From positions 558,001 through 622,000 of the forward strand of contig AP039695.1 in the NCBI GenBank assembly GCA_051599415.1: a DNA stretch of 64,000 bases, given 5' to 3'. The notes under the pieces were generated by a model. It was not told the origin of the DNA. It saw nothing but the letters and a program-made list of their open reading frames with translations, and did no database searches. A program made the position numbers and the translations under genes. Below, one piece after another: positions 43,944 to 54,987 of this stretch. The DNA comes from Savitreella phatthalungensis. Lineage: Eukaryota. Numbering within the stretch: the stretch's first letter is position 1; each line of letters starts with the position of its first letter.

Positions 43944-44227
43944 ATGCTTATCAAGGTCAAGACCCTGACCGGTAAGGAAATTGAGCTCGACATCGAGCCA
44001 TCGGATAAGGTCGCTCGGATCAAAGAGCGCGTGGAAGAGAAAGAAGGCATCCCACCGCCGCAGCAGCGCCTAATTTTCGGCGGCAAGCAGATGTGAGTGC
44101 AGATGTACTTGAAAGCCATTGTGACAGAGTGCTAACTTTCAGGTCGGATGAGAAGACCGCGCGCGAATACAATCTGGAAGGCGGTAGCGTGCTGCATCTA
44201 GTATTAGCGCTCCGTGGAGGACATTAA
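43944..44227 (+). CDS. NEDD8: ubiquitin-like protein NEDD8/Rub1; 2 exons, intron 44093-44142 (absent from ORF track)
   Basis: Spliced product [77 protein letters not shown]. Intron GTGAGT...GCTAAC TTTCAG. Ala72 distinguishes it from ubiquitin. Confidence 0.97.
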
Positions 44228-44297
44228 GGAGGTAATACAGGCTAATCTACATTGACGCGTTCCCTGTAACGCCTATCGCCTTGGTAAAGACCAGCTT

Positions 44298-45413
44298 CTA
44301 AAGCTTTGAGTACCAGTCCGGAGAGACTCGCTTGACGAACTTCATGAATTTGAACCAGCCCACAGCGGACTCCACATTGCCAACTGGATCAGTTACACGT
44401 TCCGGATATGCAATGCCCGCGCCAAACAAACCGGGCAGTAACTCGCCGTTGACGCGAAAGCGACCAGTGAGTGCATCGAACTCCGGATGTACGTGTTCCC
44501 CTTCGACAACGACGCGAGGTAGAGGATTCGCATCATAGCCAATGGCTGCGCAAACATGCGTGCACTTCGGCAACTCCTCCTTGTATGTGGTCGGCTCAGT
44601 CTCCCGTGATAGCTGGATGCGCCGAACGTTCGTGGGAAGAGAACGAGCCCAATCAGCCACCTCACCCTTCAGACCTGTGTTGTCATATAGAATCCAGCCA
44701 TCCTTGTATTCGGCGAACAGCAGCGGCGAGCGATAGAAGTTGACTACTTCATGGCCAGCCTCGTGAAGATTCTTGAGAGCGAGAATGGCAGAATGAGAAG
44801 AGCCAATGACAGCCACGACGCTGTCCTTGGGAAGCTGGAGAGTCGAGGGCTTTAAGACAGCTTCTAGCGACAACTCCACCTTGCCGTACTGTCTAGCGAT
44901 TGTGCTCGGTCGCGGATGCGAGCCGGTCGCAAGGGCAATGCGTTCGGTGGTGACATCAAACTGTGGGACGAGCCAGCGCCCGTTAGAGCGGCGAATCTCG
45001 TCCACGCGGCCTGTGATGGCGGTCACACGCGGGTCATGACGTAGTCCATCAGAGATCAGCCGTGCCACGTCGGCGGCCTCGCCTAGCCGACAGCCTTTCT
45101 CCTGGTCAAGTGACCGCAAGTGCTGATATGCCCTGCAATCTTCTGCTGTGTCAAGGATGCGTTCAAAGGTCGGCGTGCCGCGAGCCCAAGCGTCGAACAT
45201 CTTCACCTTCGTGTTAGAAGGCACCTCCGTGTATCGTTCCGTGATGCGTCCGGCCGTGAAGCTCGGATCGACCATGGCCATTCGTCTGCAACCTTGGTCG
45301 AGCAAGTTTCCAGCGCATGTCAGGCCGCCCGGTCCGGCGCCCACAACGAGAGCATCGAACGCATTGCCGGTACTGGCGAGGCGCCGTACGAAAGCCCGGC
45401 TCAGTGAAGACAT
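44298..45413 (-). CDS. FAD/NAD(P)-dependent pyridine nucleotide-disulfide-type oxidoreductase, uncharacterised, probably mitochondrial
   Basis: VVGAGPGG (FAD), LATGS, second dinucleotide motif VIGSSHSA; presequence-like MSSLSRAFVRRLAS. Confidence 0.85.
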   Translation of the reverse strand: MSSLSRAFVRRLASTGNAFDALVVGAGPGGLTCAGNLLDQGCRRMAMVDPSFTAGRITERYTEVPSNTKVKMFDAWARGTPTFERILDTAEDCRAYQHLRSLDQEKGCRLGEAADVARLISDGLRHDPRVTAITGRVDEIRRSNGRWLVPQFDVTTERIALATGSHPRPSTIARQYGKVELSLEAVLKPSTLQLPKDSVVAVIGSSHSAILALKNLHEAGHEVVNFYRSPLLFAEYKDGWILYDNTGLKGEVADWARSLPTNVRRIQLSRETEPTTYKEELPKCTHVCAAIGYDANPLPRVVVEGEHVHPEFDALTGRFRVNGELLPGLFGAGIAYPERVTDPVGNVESAVGWFKFMKFVKRVSPDWYSKL

Positions 45414-45648
45414 GCGCCGACTCGTACTCCGAGATTGAGTTTGACAGGCTCAAATTGTCATGCCGTGGACAATTCTCCGTTGTTATTTGACATCCGCATT
45501 GAGAGCTGCCGAGAGCGAATCTCGTGAGTCAATTCGTGACATACAAAGCATGTGCGAAAACATAATATGCAAGGATTACAGGCGTCGATAAATTTGCCAC
45601 GCTGGGCTACTGCCGACCTCCTTATCAATAGAGATACAACTTTCTGGG

Positions 45649-47622
45649 CTAGCTCGAGATCCAGCTCTGGATGCTTGTTACGGTCGTATACACCATTGCA
45701 AGACCACCGAAGCAAGCCAGTGCCACGTCAGCCGTCCTAGCAACCGGCGTACGCGAGCAGGCCTTCAAATGTAGTAAAGGCGGATAGACAAAGACGAGCG
45801 GTACGCATGCAAAGCTTCCGATCAAAGACACGAATTTGTCAAGATCGTCCGCTCCGAGCAGAGCGACGAGCGCCGAGCATAGGACAAGAAGTACTCTGAA
45901 CGCGTTCTTGGTCCACTTCGTCTTTCGAGAAAACTTACCGCTCTTTGTGAAGATTGCGGTCTCCAGGATACGGATAGCGGGGAAGAGTTGAAGCGGTGTC
46001 GACAGGAGGATAGCAAGGGAGTAGAGCAACTGCACGCTATTGACGAAACGATTGCCCTGCGGCAGGTTCGAGAGAATGACAGTTTGAGTACGCGAACCGA
46101 AAGCCGCGTACGATAGTGCACCAATCGAGGTGAACAAAATTGTGATGAACAGCATCACTCCACCTAGTGCTGCTGGAAACTTCTCGGGCTGTCGCATTGC
46201 TTGAGTGATGGGAATGATGAGACCGATCCCCTCAAATGTGAATATCGCTGTGCCGATGAACAGTGTCCAGTCGCGTTCATTGAACAGCACGATATCGGAA
46301 ATGCCTCGGTCGACGATGTGGTAGATATCCGCGTAATAAAGATAGAGTAGACCGAGCAGAATGAAGGCATCTGCTATCAATGCTGTAAAGGAAAGCTTAC
46401 CAATGTCGCGTATCATACTCAAAGGCAGGAATAATGTCAATTGCAATCCGATGAGCGCCATCATGGACCAACGTTCTTGTCCGTCCGTTACGGCATAGAC
46501 GAAAGCTCCCAGATTCTCAGCAGTAAAGGCCATGTATGCACAAACGAAGCCGATTTGACTGATCACGATTGAGACCAGGATCGCCGTGCGCATGTGTTTT
46601 CCATATAGATGTCCGCCAATATCGCCGAAGGAGGCGTTTACGACGAGCCGTGTATTGACGAGAAGGAGAAAACACCACAGACTTATCGCGCTGACACCAA
46701 GCAGCACGAGACTAGAAAAGAGCATTCCGCCATTCAAGAACGCTTTTGGCAGGAACAAGACACCTGTACCAACGAAAGACTTGAGCAGCAACAGTACGGC
46801 CTTGGTCACAGATGCCTCTCCACGCTCGTCCATGCGGATCCCGGTCTTGCGTCTGGTCGACTTGCGTGGACCAAGAAGCGGCCGCCTGACTGGTTCGGTA
46901 TCCTCGGGCTCAGTATCAGCAAAATGAGACGAATCATCGCCAACACCCACGTCCTCGTCGTCGTCGTCATCATCATCTTCCAAGTCTTCTCCAGCAAAAT
47001 GACCATACAGCGAGAGAAATTCGATGAAGTTCCGCGTCAAAAATCGTGGTTGAATCTGTTCTTCTGCCGCTCCATAGGCTCGATGCACACCGGGCTCATC
47101 TTGGCGCTGCGTAGCGAGGTAGTTTCTCCTGAATCCACCGGGAACCCGCATGTTGCGCGCCGATTCATCGGTGTCGGTCGGCCGTGGCAAGTAGAAACTC
47201 TGTGACCTCCGGGCGGCTAATGTCTTCTGCTGCTGAGACCACTGATATACTTGACGATGAACGTCTCCACCCTGGAGTTGCAAAGAGGCGAATGCGTCCT
47301 CTTCGTGTTGCGGATCAAGATGCCGATCGACGACAGCCGGATCTTCGAGACCAGGAATCGCATTAGATCGCGGTGTGCCAATGACAACGGCTGGGTCAAC
47401 TTCCGTGGTCACATTCTCCTCCACAGAGAATCCTCTCACGACCTTGCGCGGGCTTGCGCTCAAGATGGCGGCATTTCGGCGGTAAGATTCGATCGGGGTT
47501 GCATTGCCAGGAGAACCTCTTGACCTTGGTGACTCCGCCAGTCGTAATGATGCCTGCTGTAACGAGTTGCTGACCGCGCGTGATCTTGGTCTTTCCTCGC
47601 TGCCGGGAATAGGTCGACTCAT
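45649..47622 (-). CDS. AVT3: vacuolar amino acid transporter (Avt3-like, AAAP family)
   Basis: LQGGDVHRQVY, PGGFRRNY, FIEFLSLYGHFAGEDLE, LLKSFVGTGVLFLPKAF, FIGTAIFTFEGIG. First ATG at 47622. Confidence 0.93.
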   Translation of the reverse strand: MSRPIPGSEERPRSRAVSNSLQQASLRLAESPRSRGSPGNATPIESYRRNAAILSASPRKVVRGFSVEENVTTEVDPAVVIGTPRSNAIPGLEDPAVVDRHLDPQHEEDAFASLQLQGGDVHRQVYQWSQQQKTLAARRSQSFYLPRPTDTDESARNMRVPGGFRRNYLATQRQDEPGVHRAYGAAEEQIQPRFLTRNFIEFLSLYGHFAGEDLEDDDDDDDEDVGVGDDSSHFADTEPEDTEPVRRPLLGPRKSTRRKTGIRMDERGEASVTKAVLLLLKSFVGTGVLFLPKAFLNGGMLFSSLVLLGVSAISLWCFLLLVNTRLVVNASFGDIGGHLYGKHMRTAILVSIVISQIGFVCAYMAFTAENLGAFVYAVTDGQERWSMMALIGLQLTLFLPLSMIRDIGKLSFTALIADAFILLGLLYLYYADIYHIVDRGISDIVLFNERDWTLFIGTAIFTFEGIGLIIPITQAMRQPEKFPAALGGVMLFITILFTSIGALSYAAFGSRTQTVILSNLPQGNRFVNSVQLLYSLAILLSTPLQLFPAIRILETAIFTKSGKFSRKTKWTKNAFRVLLVLCSALVALLGADDLDKFVSLIGSFACVPLVFVYPPLLHLKACSRTPVARTADVALACFGGLAMVYTTVTSIQSWISS

Positions 47623-47771
47623 AAGAGAATGACCAGCTGTCGCGCCGCGCCCTGACAAGTGCTGACAGCCTGTCTTACTCGATTTGTGCCACGCGTCAAG
47701 GTCGACTCGATGCGATCATCGATGCTTTTAATATATTCGGCATGAGGCTTTATCCGAGGATAATCTATCTT

Positions 47772-49343
47772 CTATGCACGCGCGGTCCATTCGACTTCTG
47801 CTGGCGGTATTGGCGATACAATCATGGTAGTAAAGTTCTGCCCAGGCATTCCTTGCTGCTCGGGAAGGCCGAGTTTGATGCGACGGATAATCGTAGCAAC
47901 AATCGTGCCCAATTGGACGTAAGCAAACTGCTCACCGATACATCGATGGCGGCCAGCTCCAAAGGGCAGGTAAGGAGAGGAGGCGCCTTTTGTTACCAGA
48001 CCGTAGCCGTAGTCGACCTTATCCTTGTCGTCCTCAGCTTCCTCTTGAACCCCAGCCCACCGCTCTGGCTCGAATTTTTCTGGATCAGGAAAGTAGCGAG
48101 CGTCCTTTGCGGATACGCCAGGACATGCGAGCACGTATTCACCCTTTGGCACATGCAGTCCGGTCTTGCCAATAGGCATGTCCTGAATGATCTTGCGCAT
48201 GATGGAGTGTAGCGGTGGATGCAGACGTAGTGTCTCCTTCACAACAAAGGACAGAAGCGTGAGATCTTTGAGCTTGTCGTAAGTGATGTCCTCTAATGAG
48301 CCATCGGGCTTGCGTCCAAGCACTTCTTCCTGCTCCTCCAGAAGCTTCTCCACGATGTCCGGCCGCTCAGCCAAGTGAAGCAGTAACCAGGATGATGTAG
48401 CTGCCGAGGTATGCTGACCTGCCATTAGAAGGGCAATCATAATGCCCGCGATTTCATGATCGGTGAGTGGGCGCTTGCTCTGCTTGTATTCGCACTGCAT
48501 GAGATTCCAGATCATGTCGCGAGCGGGAGCCTCGCCGGACTCGCGGCGTTTGCCAATAATTCTCGAGTATGTCTCGTGCATCTTTTCCCGTGCTGCGTCG
48601 CGCTTCTTGTTTCCGGGAAGAGGCAACCAGGGGGCAATGAAATTGATCGGCTGGAAGCCGTGATCAAGATCCCAAAATAACTTGGCGAACGTTGCGTCGA
48701 ACCCTGCCCGGACCTCTTGACCTTGTAGCGTGCGTGACGCTGTGAAAATGGTCAATTCAGCCATGCTGCCAAATGACTCTGTCAAGCCGCCCTGGCGAGT
48801 CTTCAGACCAAATCGCGGCGAATTGTCCAAGAATGCAGTGACTTCGTCAATGATCATTGGCACGTATGCGCGGAAGTTGTCAGTCGTCAGACCGTACTTG
48901 ACGAATTTCTTCTGCTCCATCAGAACATGATTTGGCACGTCATACACGACATCCGTGCCGAAGACTGGCGTCGTAAGTGCAGTATACGCCTCTTCTGCAT
49001 TAACGTAGGCTAGTTTGCCATTGAAAATACTTTCGTTGCCTTCGGGGCCCAGCATGACGGTAATGCGCCGACCGAGAAGCACGAAGGTGAAGATGTCGCC
49101 ATGCTTGGCTCGCTGCTCAGCGAAGAATTCATATGGCCGCGTTCCGTAGCTGACAGCACTTCCAACGAAGGGCAGCAGATGGAACACGACTGGCGGCTTA
49201 GTCTTGTCTCGTGGTAGGAGCTGTGTTATGATGTGCCAGGACCAAAACACGAGAATCCAGCTGAGAATGAATACGATTGGTCGATCACCGAAGGCATCCT
49301 TCAGTCGCAGCAACCCCTCCTCCAACAAGTCGACGATAGCCAT
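47772..49343 (-). CDS. ERG11: sterol 14-alpha-demethylase (CYP51)
   Basis: AEEAYTALTTPVFG, LMEQKKF, MAGQHTS, KETLRLH, DYGYG, heme motif YLPFGAGRHRCIGEQFA. Confidence 0.98.
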   Translation of the reverse strand: MAIVDLLEEGLLRLKDAFGDRPIVFILSWILVFWSWHIITQLLPRDKTKPPVVFHLLPFVGSAVSYGTRPYEFFAEQRAKHGDIFTFVLLGRRITVMLGPEGNESIFNGKLAYVNAEEAYTALTTPVFGTDVVYDVPNHVLMEQKKFVKYGLTTDNFRAYVPMIIDEVTAFLDNSPRFGLKTRQGGLTESFGSMAELTIFTASRTLQGQEVRAGFDATFAKLFWDLDHGFQPINFIAPWLPLPGNKKRDAAREKMHETYSRIIGKRRESGEAPARDMIWNLMQCEYKQSKRPLTDHEIAGIMIALLMAGQHTSAATSSWLLLHLAERPDIVEKLLEEQEEVLGRKPDGSLEDITYDKLKDLTLLSFVVKETLRLHPPLHSIMRKIIQDMPIGKTGLHVPKGEYVLACPGVSAKDARYFPDPEKFEPERWAGVQEEAEDDKDKVDYGYGLVTKGASSPYLPFGAGRHRCIGEQFAYVQLGTIVATIIRRIKLGLPEQQGMPGQNFTTMIVSPIPPAEVEWTARA

Positions 49344-51901
49344 ATCGCGAGTCTCACGTTGCGCGCTTCTATGGGAAGTCTCGTTGGAATTTCTAAAAAG
49401 CGCGACGAGGAAATCGATGGCCTGACTTCGCCAAAAAACTGCATGAGACGGCAACTGGATAGCGAGCACAGGAAATACAGAATCAATTCAACCCGAACAA
49501 GGCGTAAATTTTGAGCCACATGTGGCGCTCCACCGACTTTCGATCAACTTGATGCAGTGACTATGGGCTCCCAGACGGATGTGTACCTGAATCACCGACG
49601 GCTGACACACGACTTCGACTCCAGTCGCGGCGCGGACCCCGACAGGGTCTCTCAGTCGTCACAGCCGGTCTCTGATGCATGCGGCCTTTGCGACATACGA
49701 CAGTGTCTCTGCTCAGGTCTCGCCGTGTCACACGCCGCATTCGACAGCAGAAAAGCTTACCAGCCCTCAAGCCTCGGCACTTTTGCAAGAGAACTTTATC
49801 AACTCGCCTTCGGTCAGATGATCCGTGGCCAGGCGGGCTAAAACATTCTCGAGAGTGTCGATGGCAGGCTCCTACCATGAGCTAAGTGAAGCCGTCTCCT
49901 CTACAGAACTGGCTGCAGCTATTCCACAGTGCTCAGCCCAGCTTTGAAGGAGGAGTACATCTTTCTCGTGTTTACGTGAGCTAGGATAGTGCATAAGCTT
50001 GGAAGTGTGTGGGTCGACCTAAGTAAGTTTCAGGCATCTTGCCGGCTCGCATTGGACGCTCCGCAAATTTGTTGTTGCACAGCATTGCAGCTTCTTAGAT
50101 CGGGTGACCCATGCTCATCTGCAGACACAACTCACGCAGGCGTCGGCATAGACTTCAATCGCTATTGTAGACAAAGACAGGGGATAGGCAGTGCATCAAT
50201 ACGCGCGACTCCGTGTTAGGCCCTCCAGGCGACTTCACGCACATGCGATTGTGGTGTCAACGTCACGAGACCCGGGAGCTGTCATCATCTCCCGCGATTG
50301 ATGAAGTCGAGAGAATCTTGAGGAAGTGCAAGCGCGGGCGCCAGCCCCACCGGTCAAGTTATGCGTTTGTGCTCTTCCCAGGGTATATGATTTAAATTCC
50401 TGCGCCACAGATGATCGACGTACCTGTCAATCGACATCATCGTTTCAGATAGATATCCTGGGCGAGGTCGATCGATTTACACATGAGGCAGGAGTGAATA
50501 CGCATCGTGAGACGGTGGGGAAGCGATGTCATCGCGGCGCGTAGATATTAGCTGGAGGAGGAGAAAAAATAATGATCCATAGCCCGCTATCTGGCTGAAC
50601 AGCAATTAATCACGCATTTTATATACTCATCATATCGATCTGGCCATTCCCAAATCGACGTGGCAGGTCACCCGCGGCATAATTGAGACCATCGACATCG
50701 GCTTTCCGCGACCACAGCCAAACTGGAACCACGTTTTCACGGATGTGGGGAGCGATGCAATAAATCCGATACATCATGCCGACGTCTACTTTCAACGCCA
50801 AGTTCGTCGTGTCCTTCAGAACAGTGGAGCTGATCATTGCCCCTGAAAGGTGGTCGTATGCATCCGAACATGGATGTTTTGTCGCTCCGGTGACTGTCGT
50901 GCTTGCCACAATCGCGGTTCGCCTCATTCGCTCCACGTTGCCCAACTCATTCTATAAGAACGCATGGAGATGTGGTACATCAGATGAAGATCCTATACAA
51001 TGTGACATGTGATATCACGCTAATAAGTTCGTGGAAAATCAGGCCAACATTGTCTTCTGATCGCTTTTCAATTGTGCATGTCGTCCCGCTGATCGATCCG
51101 TAGTGCACGCTCGGGGCAACTGAGATCATGCTCGAGACAGCGAAAAGGAAACGAAAGTCGAGCGGGGCCATCGGCTTTCATGCCACCGCCAACAGGAGTT
51201 TTGCAGACCTGTCCGCGCAGTGTCCTGCTACGTGGAGGGGCCTTGTGCTATCTCAATACGAAAATGATTGGCCAAGGGACTTGTACACAGGGCTTTATTG
51301 CCGCGGAGGGAAAATCGCGCAAGTAATGATCAGCGACCTAATTTTAGGACACTAAGTGGATAACAATTAACGACTTGCGAGGGTTCTGCGTTCTAGCTGT
51401 AGCTATAATCAATCAAATTGTTGGGCTTGCTTCCTAGGGATTTCTCCCGCGTCCCTTCGTGGCTCACCTTATCTAGTGAATCACATAAATCCGGAGCACG
51501 CGATCTAATTTGATTGGAAATCCATCAATTGGTGATAGCTGCAGACTGGTCCTAGAGGTGAGATGTGCCCAAACGCTGGCCTCGAATACGAAAGCCACCT
51601 CTATAGCCGGAACGCCTCTTGCAAGTGGGACAGCGTCAAAAGCGCGAAAAAAGTGCAACTCGAGCCGAGAAAGCTGAAGCTTTGCAAACCTCCGTGCTGG
51701 ATAGGATAGGAAGGAGACAAAGTGAGCAGGGCACTCGCGCGCAAGCCCACCTAATCCGCACCGCTGCTGCTGCTCTTCTTTCCGTGGATACTCTTTTAGA
51801 CAACGCTTGGTCTCCTCCTCACGATATATTCCGGGCGTCCGCCCATGCTTCTTGTCATTCCGACAAAACGTCCTTTCCATACGCACACAATTTCGCAAAC
51901 A

Positions 51902-52687
51902 ATGGAGGACGACATTCCCAGCGAGTCACTCGCGGAGCGCCGAGCTTTGCATAACTCAATCGAGCGTACTCGTAGGGAAGCGCTGAACGCAAAATTCTCG
52001 CACCTGGCAGGCTCGATGCCGTCTTTGCAGAACGTGCATCGTCCTTCGAAATCTGTTATCATCTCTCACTGTCTCGACATGGTGACAGAATTGAAGCAGA
52101 CCAGGCGCGAGAATGCGCGGCTAAAGCGTGAGGTAGAAATTCTCCGCCGGGCGACTCGCGAAGCTGCACACGCCGCCCACGCCGCTGGTCAGCATTCTGG
52201 GTCTGCGGCATCGACCACGCCTTCGACATACTCTCAGTCCGGACAGACGCCACCAGTCCTAAGCTTGTCGCCTCCTGATCTGAAGGAAAACATGGCGCGC
52301 AATGCGCTCTATTATGATGCTATCGCTCACGGTGTCTTCGATCCGCTCGAGAACAAATCCTGGTCTCACGAGGGTGTCGGTATGAGTGACCCGTTGGCTA
52401 TCCCGATCGGCCATCGCCACTCGCTGCCTGTGGATGCGCTGAGACCGATGCCTTCTTACGACAGCATTTGGCCACACCAGCAATTCCAGCTTACCCAGCA
52501 GACCCGACAACAGCCTCAACGCTTCATGCCATCGTCCCTCGAGTCGGACCTTGATGTCACTCTATTTGACCCAAAGAGTCTGAGTCGCTTAGACACCGAG
52601 ATCGGCCCCTCGAAAGGGCCTATAACCGCTGCTTTCGACGATGCCCTAGCCACTCCGACACAGCGCCACCCTCTCACAACTTCCTGA
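51902..52687 (+). CDS. bHLH(-zipper) transcription factor, Max-like
   Basis: ERRALHNSIERTRREALNAKFSHLA...PSKSVII followed by a leucine-zipper-like segment. First likely ATG at 51902 (45-type upstream ATG at 51845 also possible). Confidence 0.85.
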   Translation: MEDDIPSESLAERRALHNSIERTRREALNAKFSHLAGSMPSLQNVHRPSKSVIISHCLDMVTELKQTRRENARLKREVEILRRATREAAHAAHAAGQHSGSAASTTPSTYSQSGQTPPVLSLSPPDLKENMARNALYYDAIAHGVFDPLENKSWSHEGVGMSDPLAIPIGHRHSLPVDALRPMPSYDSIWPHQQFQLTQQTRQQPQRFMPSSLESDLDVTLFDPKSLSRLDTEIGPSKGPITAAFDDALATPTQRHPLTTS

Positions 52688-52830
52688 CGAGAGCGCAAGG
52701 GACCCTCGCAAAGCTGCACCACTGCCTTTGCTGCCTCTCACGACGACCATGACGAGATGATAGATATATATATATACACACCCAATCTGATACATGTAGG
52801 CTAATATCATTCTTCGAAAGCATCATCCTC

Positions 52831-54156
52831 TTAGTTGTCGACATAAATCACGTCGCTGAATTCGAAGCCATTGAAGTTGGAGGCCGCGCACTTCGTGTAC
52901 GCTCCCATGTCATCGAAGTAGAGCCAATCGCCGACTTCGAGAACGAATGGCAGGTTTGTATCTGGGGCTATGCAGTCGAGGGAGTCGCATGTCGGACCCC
53001 ATATGCTACAGCGCACCCTTTGCTTGTGCGAAGGCGGCGGATTGTCGTAGTAGAGACGATTGCGGTGCTGCAATACGTGTGGCTGCGGATGCTGATGATC
53101 GAACATGATGCAGTTGAAGCTTCCGTAGACGCCATCGTTGACATAGTACATGAAGTTATTGGACGTGGTTCCGGCAGAAGGTGGCTCTGAATCGCGCGAA
53201 TTCGGATACACTGTTCGCCTGGCCATGACTTGTACTGCGAGGGTGAATGCGGACGCAACGTAGTATCTACCGGGCTCAGCAATGATTCGAACGGTTGCGT
53301 CAAAGTTAGCATCAATCGCTGGAGCCAGGACAGCGGCAAACTGTTCAAAGTTGTCATGGCCGAAGCCGCCGCCAATGTCGAGGGTGTGCAGATTGAATCC
53401 CTCGTCAGCCGCTTCGTCGAAGACTGCTCGGGCTCTGAGCACGGCATCGACAAATGCCATTGGATCTGACGAGCCGCTGCCGACGTGGAAGGACACTCCG
53501 ACGACGTGTAGGCCAAGCTCACGTGCCAGGCGCAGCAAGCCGCGAGTCGTGTTTAAGGGTGCACCATACTTAAGACCTAGTTGGCATAGAGCGCCGCTGT
53601 CGTCAGTGAGGATGCGTAGATAGAGCTGAGCCTTCGGGTTCAAACGTGCCAACTTATGCAGTTCTTCGGCGTTGTCGAATGTGGTCGCGTGAACAGCTTG
53701 CGAGGCTGCGTACCGAATATGCGCAGCAGCTTTACACGGATTGGCGTATATTATGCGGTCCGCTGAGACGCCGAGCTCCCTGACGGCTTGTATTTCGGCC
53801 TTAGAAGCACAATCAAATCCGGTGCCGAGAGAGGCAAGTAGTTCAAGTACGCGTTTGTCAGGGTTGCACTTAACAGCATAGTGCGGGATTACTCGAGGCA
53901 GTCCACGGTACCAGCGTTGGTGCTGCCTGTAGACTTCCCCGAGGTCCGCGACAAAGAACGCTGAAGCATCCTCCTCAGTCTTGAGAGCGAGTTGATCGCG
54001 TAACGCAGCCGCGATTCCAGCATTACGGCTCGTGTAAGCCGGTGCTGGTGGCTGAAGGTATGTTGAAATCGCGGAACCATTGTGCACCGTTGGTTCAACT
54101 AAGACGACTGGAGCTGGCATGACCTCGAATTGCACGGCAGGTGCCATGACTGACAT
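52831..54156 (-). CDS. SPE1: ornithine decarboxylase
   Basis: HYAVKCNP (PLP Lys), GFDCAS, IIYANPCK, SFHVGSG, IIAEPGRY, WGPTCDSLD, MGAYT. Confidence 0.97.
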   Translation of the reverse strand: MSVMAPAVQFEVMPAPVVLVEPTVHNGSAISTYLQPPAPAYTSRNAGIAAALRDQLALKTEEDASAFFVADLGEVYRQHQRWYRGLPRVIPHYAVKCNPDKRVLELLASLGTGFDCASKAEIQAVRELGVSADRIIYANPCKAAAHIRYAASQAVHATTFDNAEELHKLARLNPKAQLYLRILTDDSGALCQLGLKYGAPLNTTRGLLRLARELGLHVVGVSFHVGSGSSDPMAFVDAVLRARAVFDEAADEGFNLHTLDIGGGFGHDNFEQFAAVLAPAIDANFDATVRIIAEPGRYYVASAFTLAVQVMARRTVYPNSRDSEPPSAGTTSNNFMYYVNDGVYGSFNCIMFDHQHPQPHVLQHRNRLYYDNPPPSHKQRVRCSIWGPTCDSLDCIAPDTNLPFVLEVGDWLYFDDMGAYTKCAASNFNGFEFSDVIYVDN

Positions 54157-54166
54157 GCGTTGAGCG

Positions 54167-54310
54167 CTATGGGCGTGGAACTGACCAGTAGTCTGTGGCC
54201 AACGAGGCGACGGCGGGGGCCTTCCCGGGCTTTCGCGCCAGGAGATTCACAGATCGAATGTTGGGCGACCCTAGCTTTGACAAAGGACTTAGGCCCAGAT
54301 GTCGAATAAC
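54167..54310 (-). promoter_or_regulatory. candidate non-AUG upstream conserved coding region (uCC) in the ODC 5' leader
   Basis: 47-codon AUG-less open frame ending ...DYWSVPRP-TAG, 10 nt before the ODC ATG; two in-frame ATT codons (54307, 54259). Confidence 0.4.
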
Positions 54311-54987
54311 CTAAACGTGTTGATCAGATCTCTTTTTTTCTTTCTTTGCTGGTTTGGTGAGTGTGAGTGTGGTCGCGGTCGTCGGCAGAGGCACGTCTGG
54401 TGGTGTGGGCAGTGACTGTGAGAATTTTCTCCGTTTGCACGACAAAGTCCAGGCCGTCATCGAATCGACTGCATTGTGTGGAAATGCAGGATGATATTCA
54501 GAACCGCCAGACAATTGATCGCTAGCTGAAACAGCATGCTACATACTCCTCCCCGCTCTGATCCCGCCTTTCAAAAAAACTTTGGCGCACGCAGTCTAAC
54601 CAATTAACCAATTGATGGACTTCCACCAGATCCCAGAAATTATCTAAACATTCTGTTTCGTCTGATGATGGCGGACCTTGAACTGACTGCCAATTTATCA
54701 ACAATGAGCTGAACGTCACCGGTGCTGAAGGATTGAAGCAGGCTCAATTTAAGCTGTCGCTGCAGCAGAATATCTGACCCCAAAGGGCTTGACCAATGCT
54801 ACCAATAACGAATCCGCACATCATTGATTCTTGAAAGATAGTTTAGATTCTCTGCTGTGATACTACGTAAAATAGATTTTCATCAGGAAATTATGCAATG
54901 TTTGAAGGAATCGTACGAATCTATATTTAGCTACAAACAGCGACTTGTGTGGCAGCAAGGGCACATGACACTTCTGTTATAAGGGGA

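Noticed and set aside
47772..49343. Intrinsic azole-resistance substitutions in CYP51
   Set aside because: Key residues checked by eye look wild-type (VVYD Tyr, DYGYG, FGAGRHRCIG).
52764..52776. (AT)n run between the convergent bHLH and ODC genes
   Set aside because: Short microsatellite or ordinary 3'-end efficiency element.
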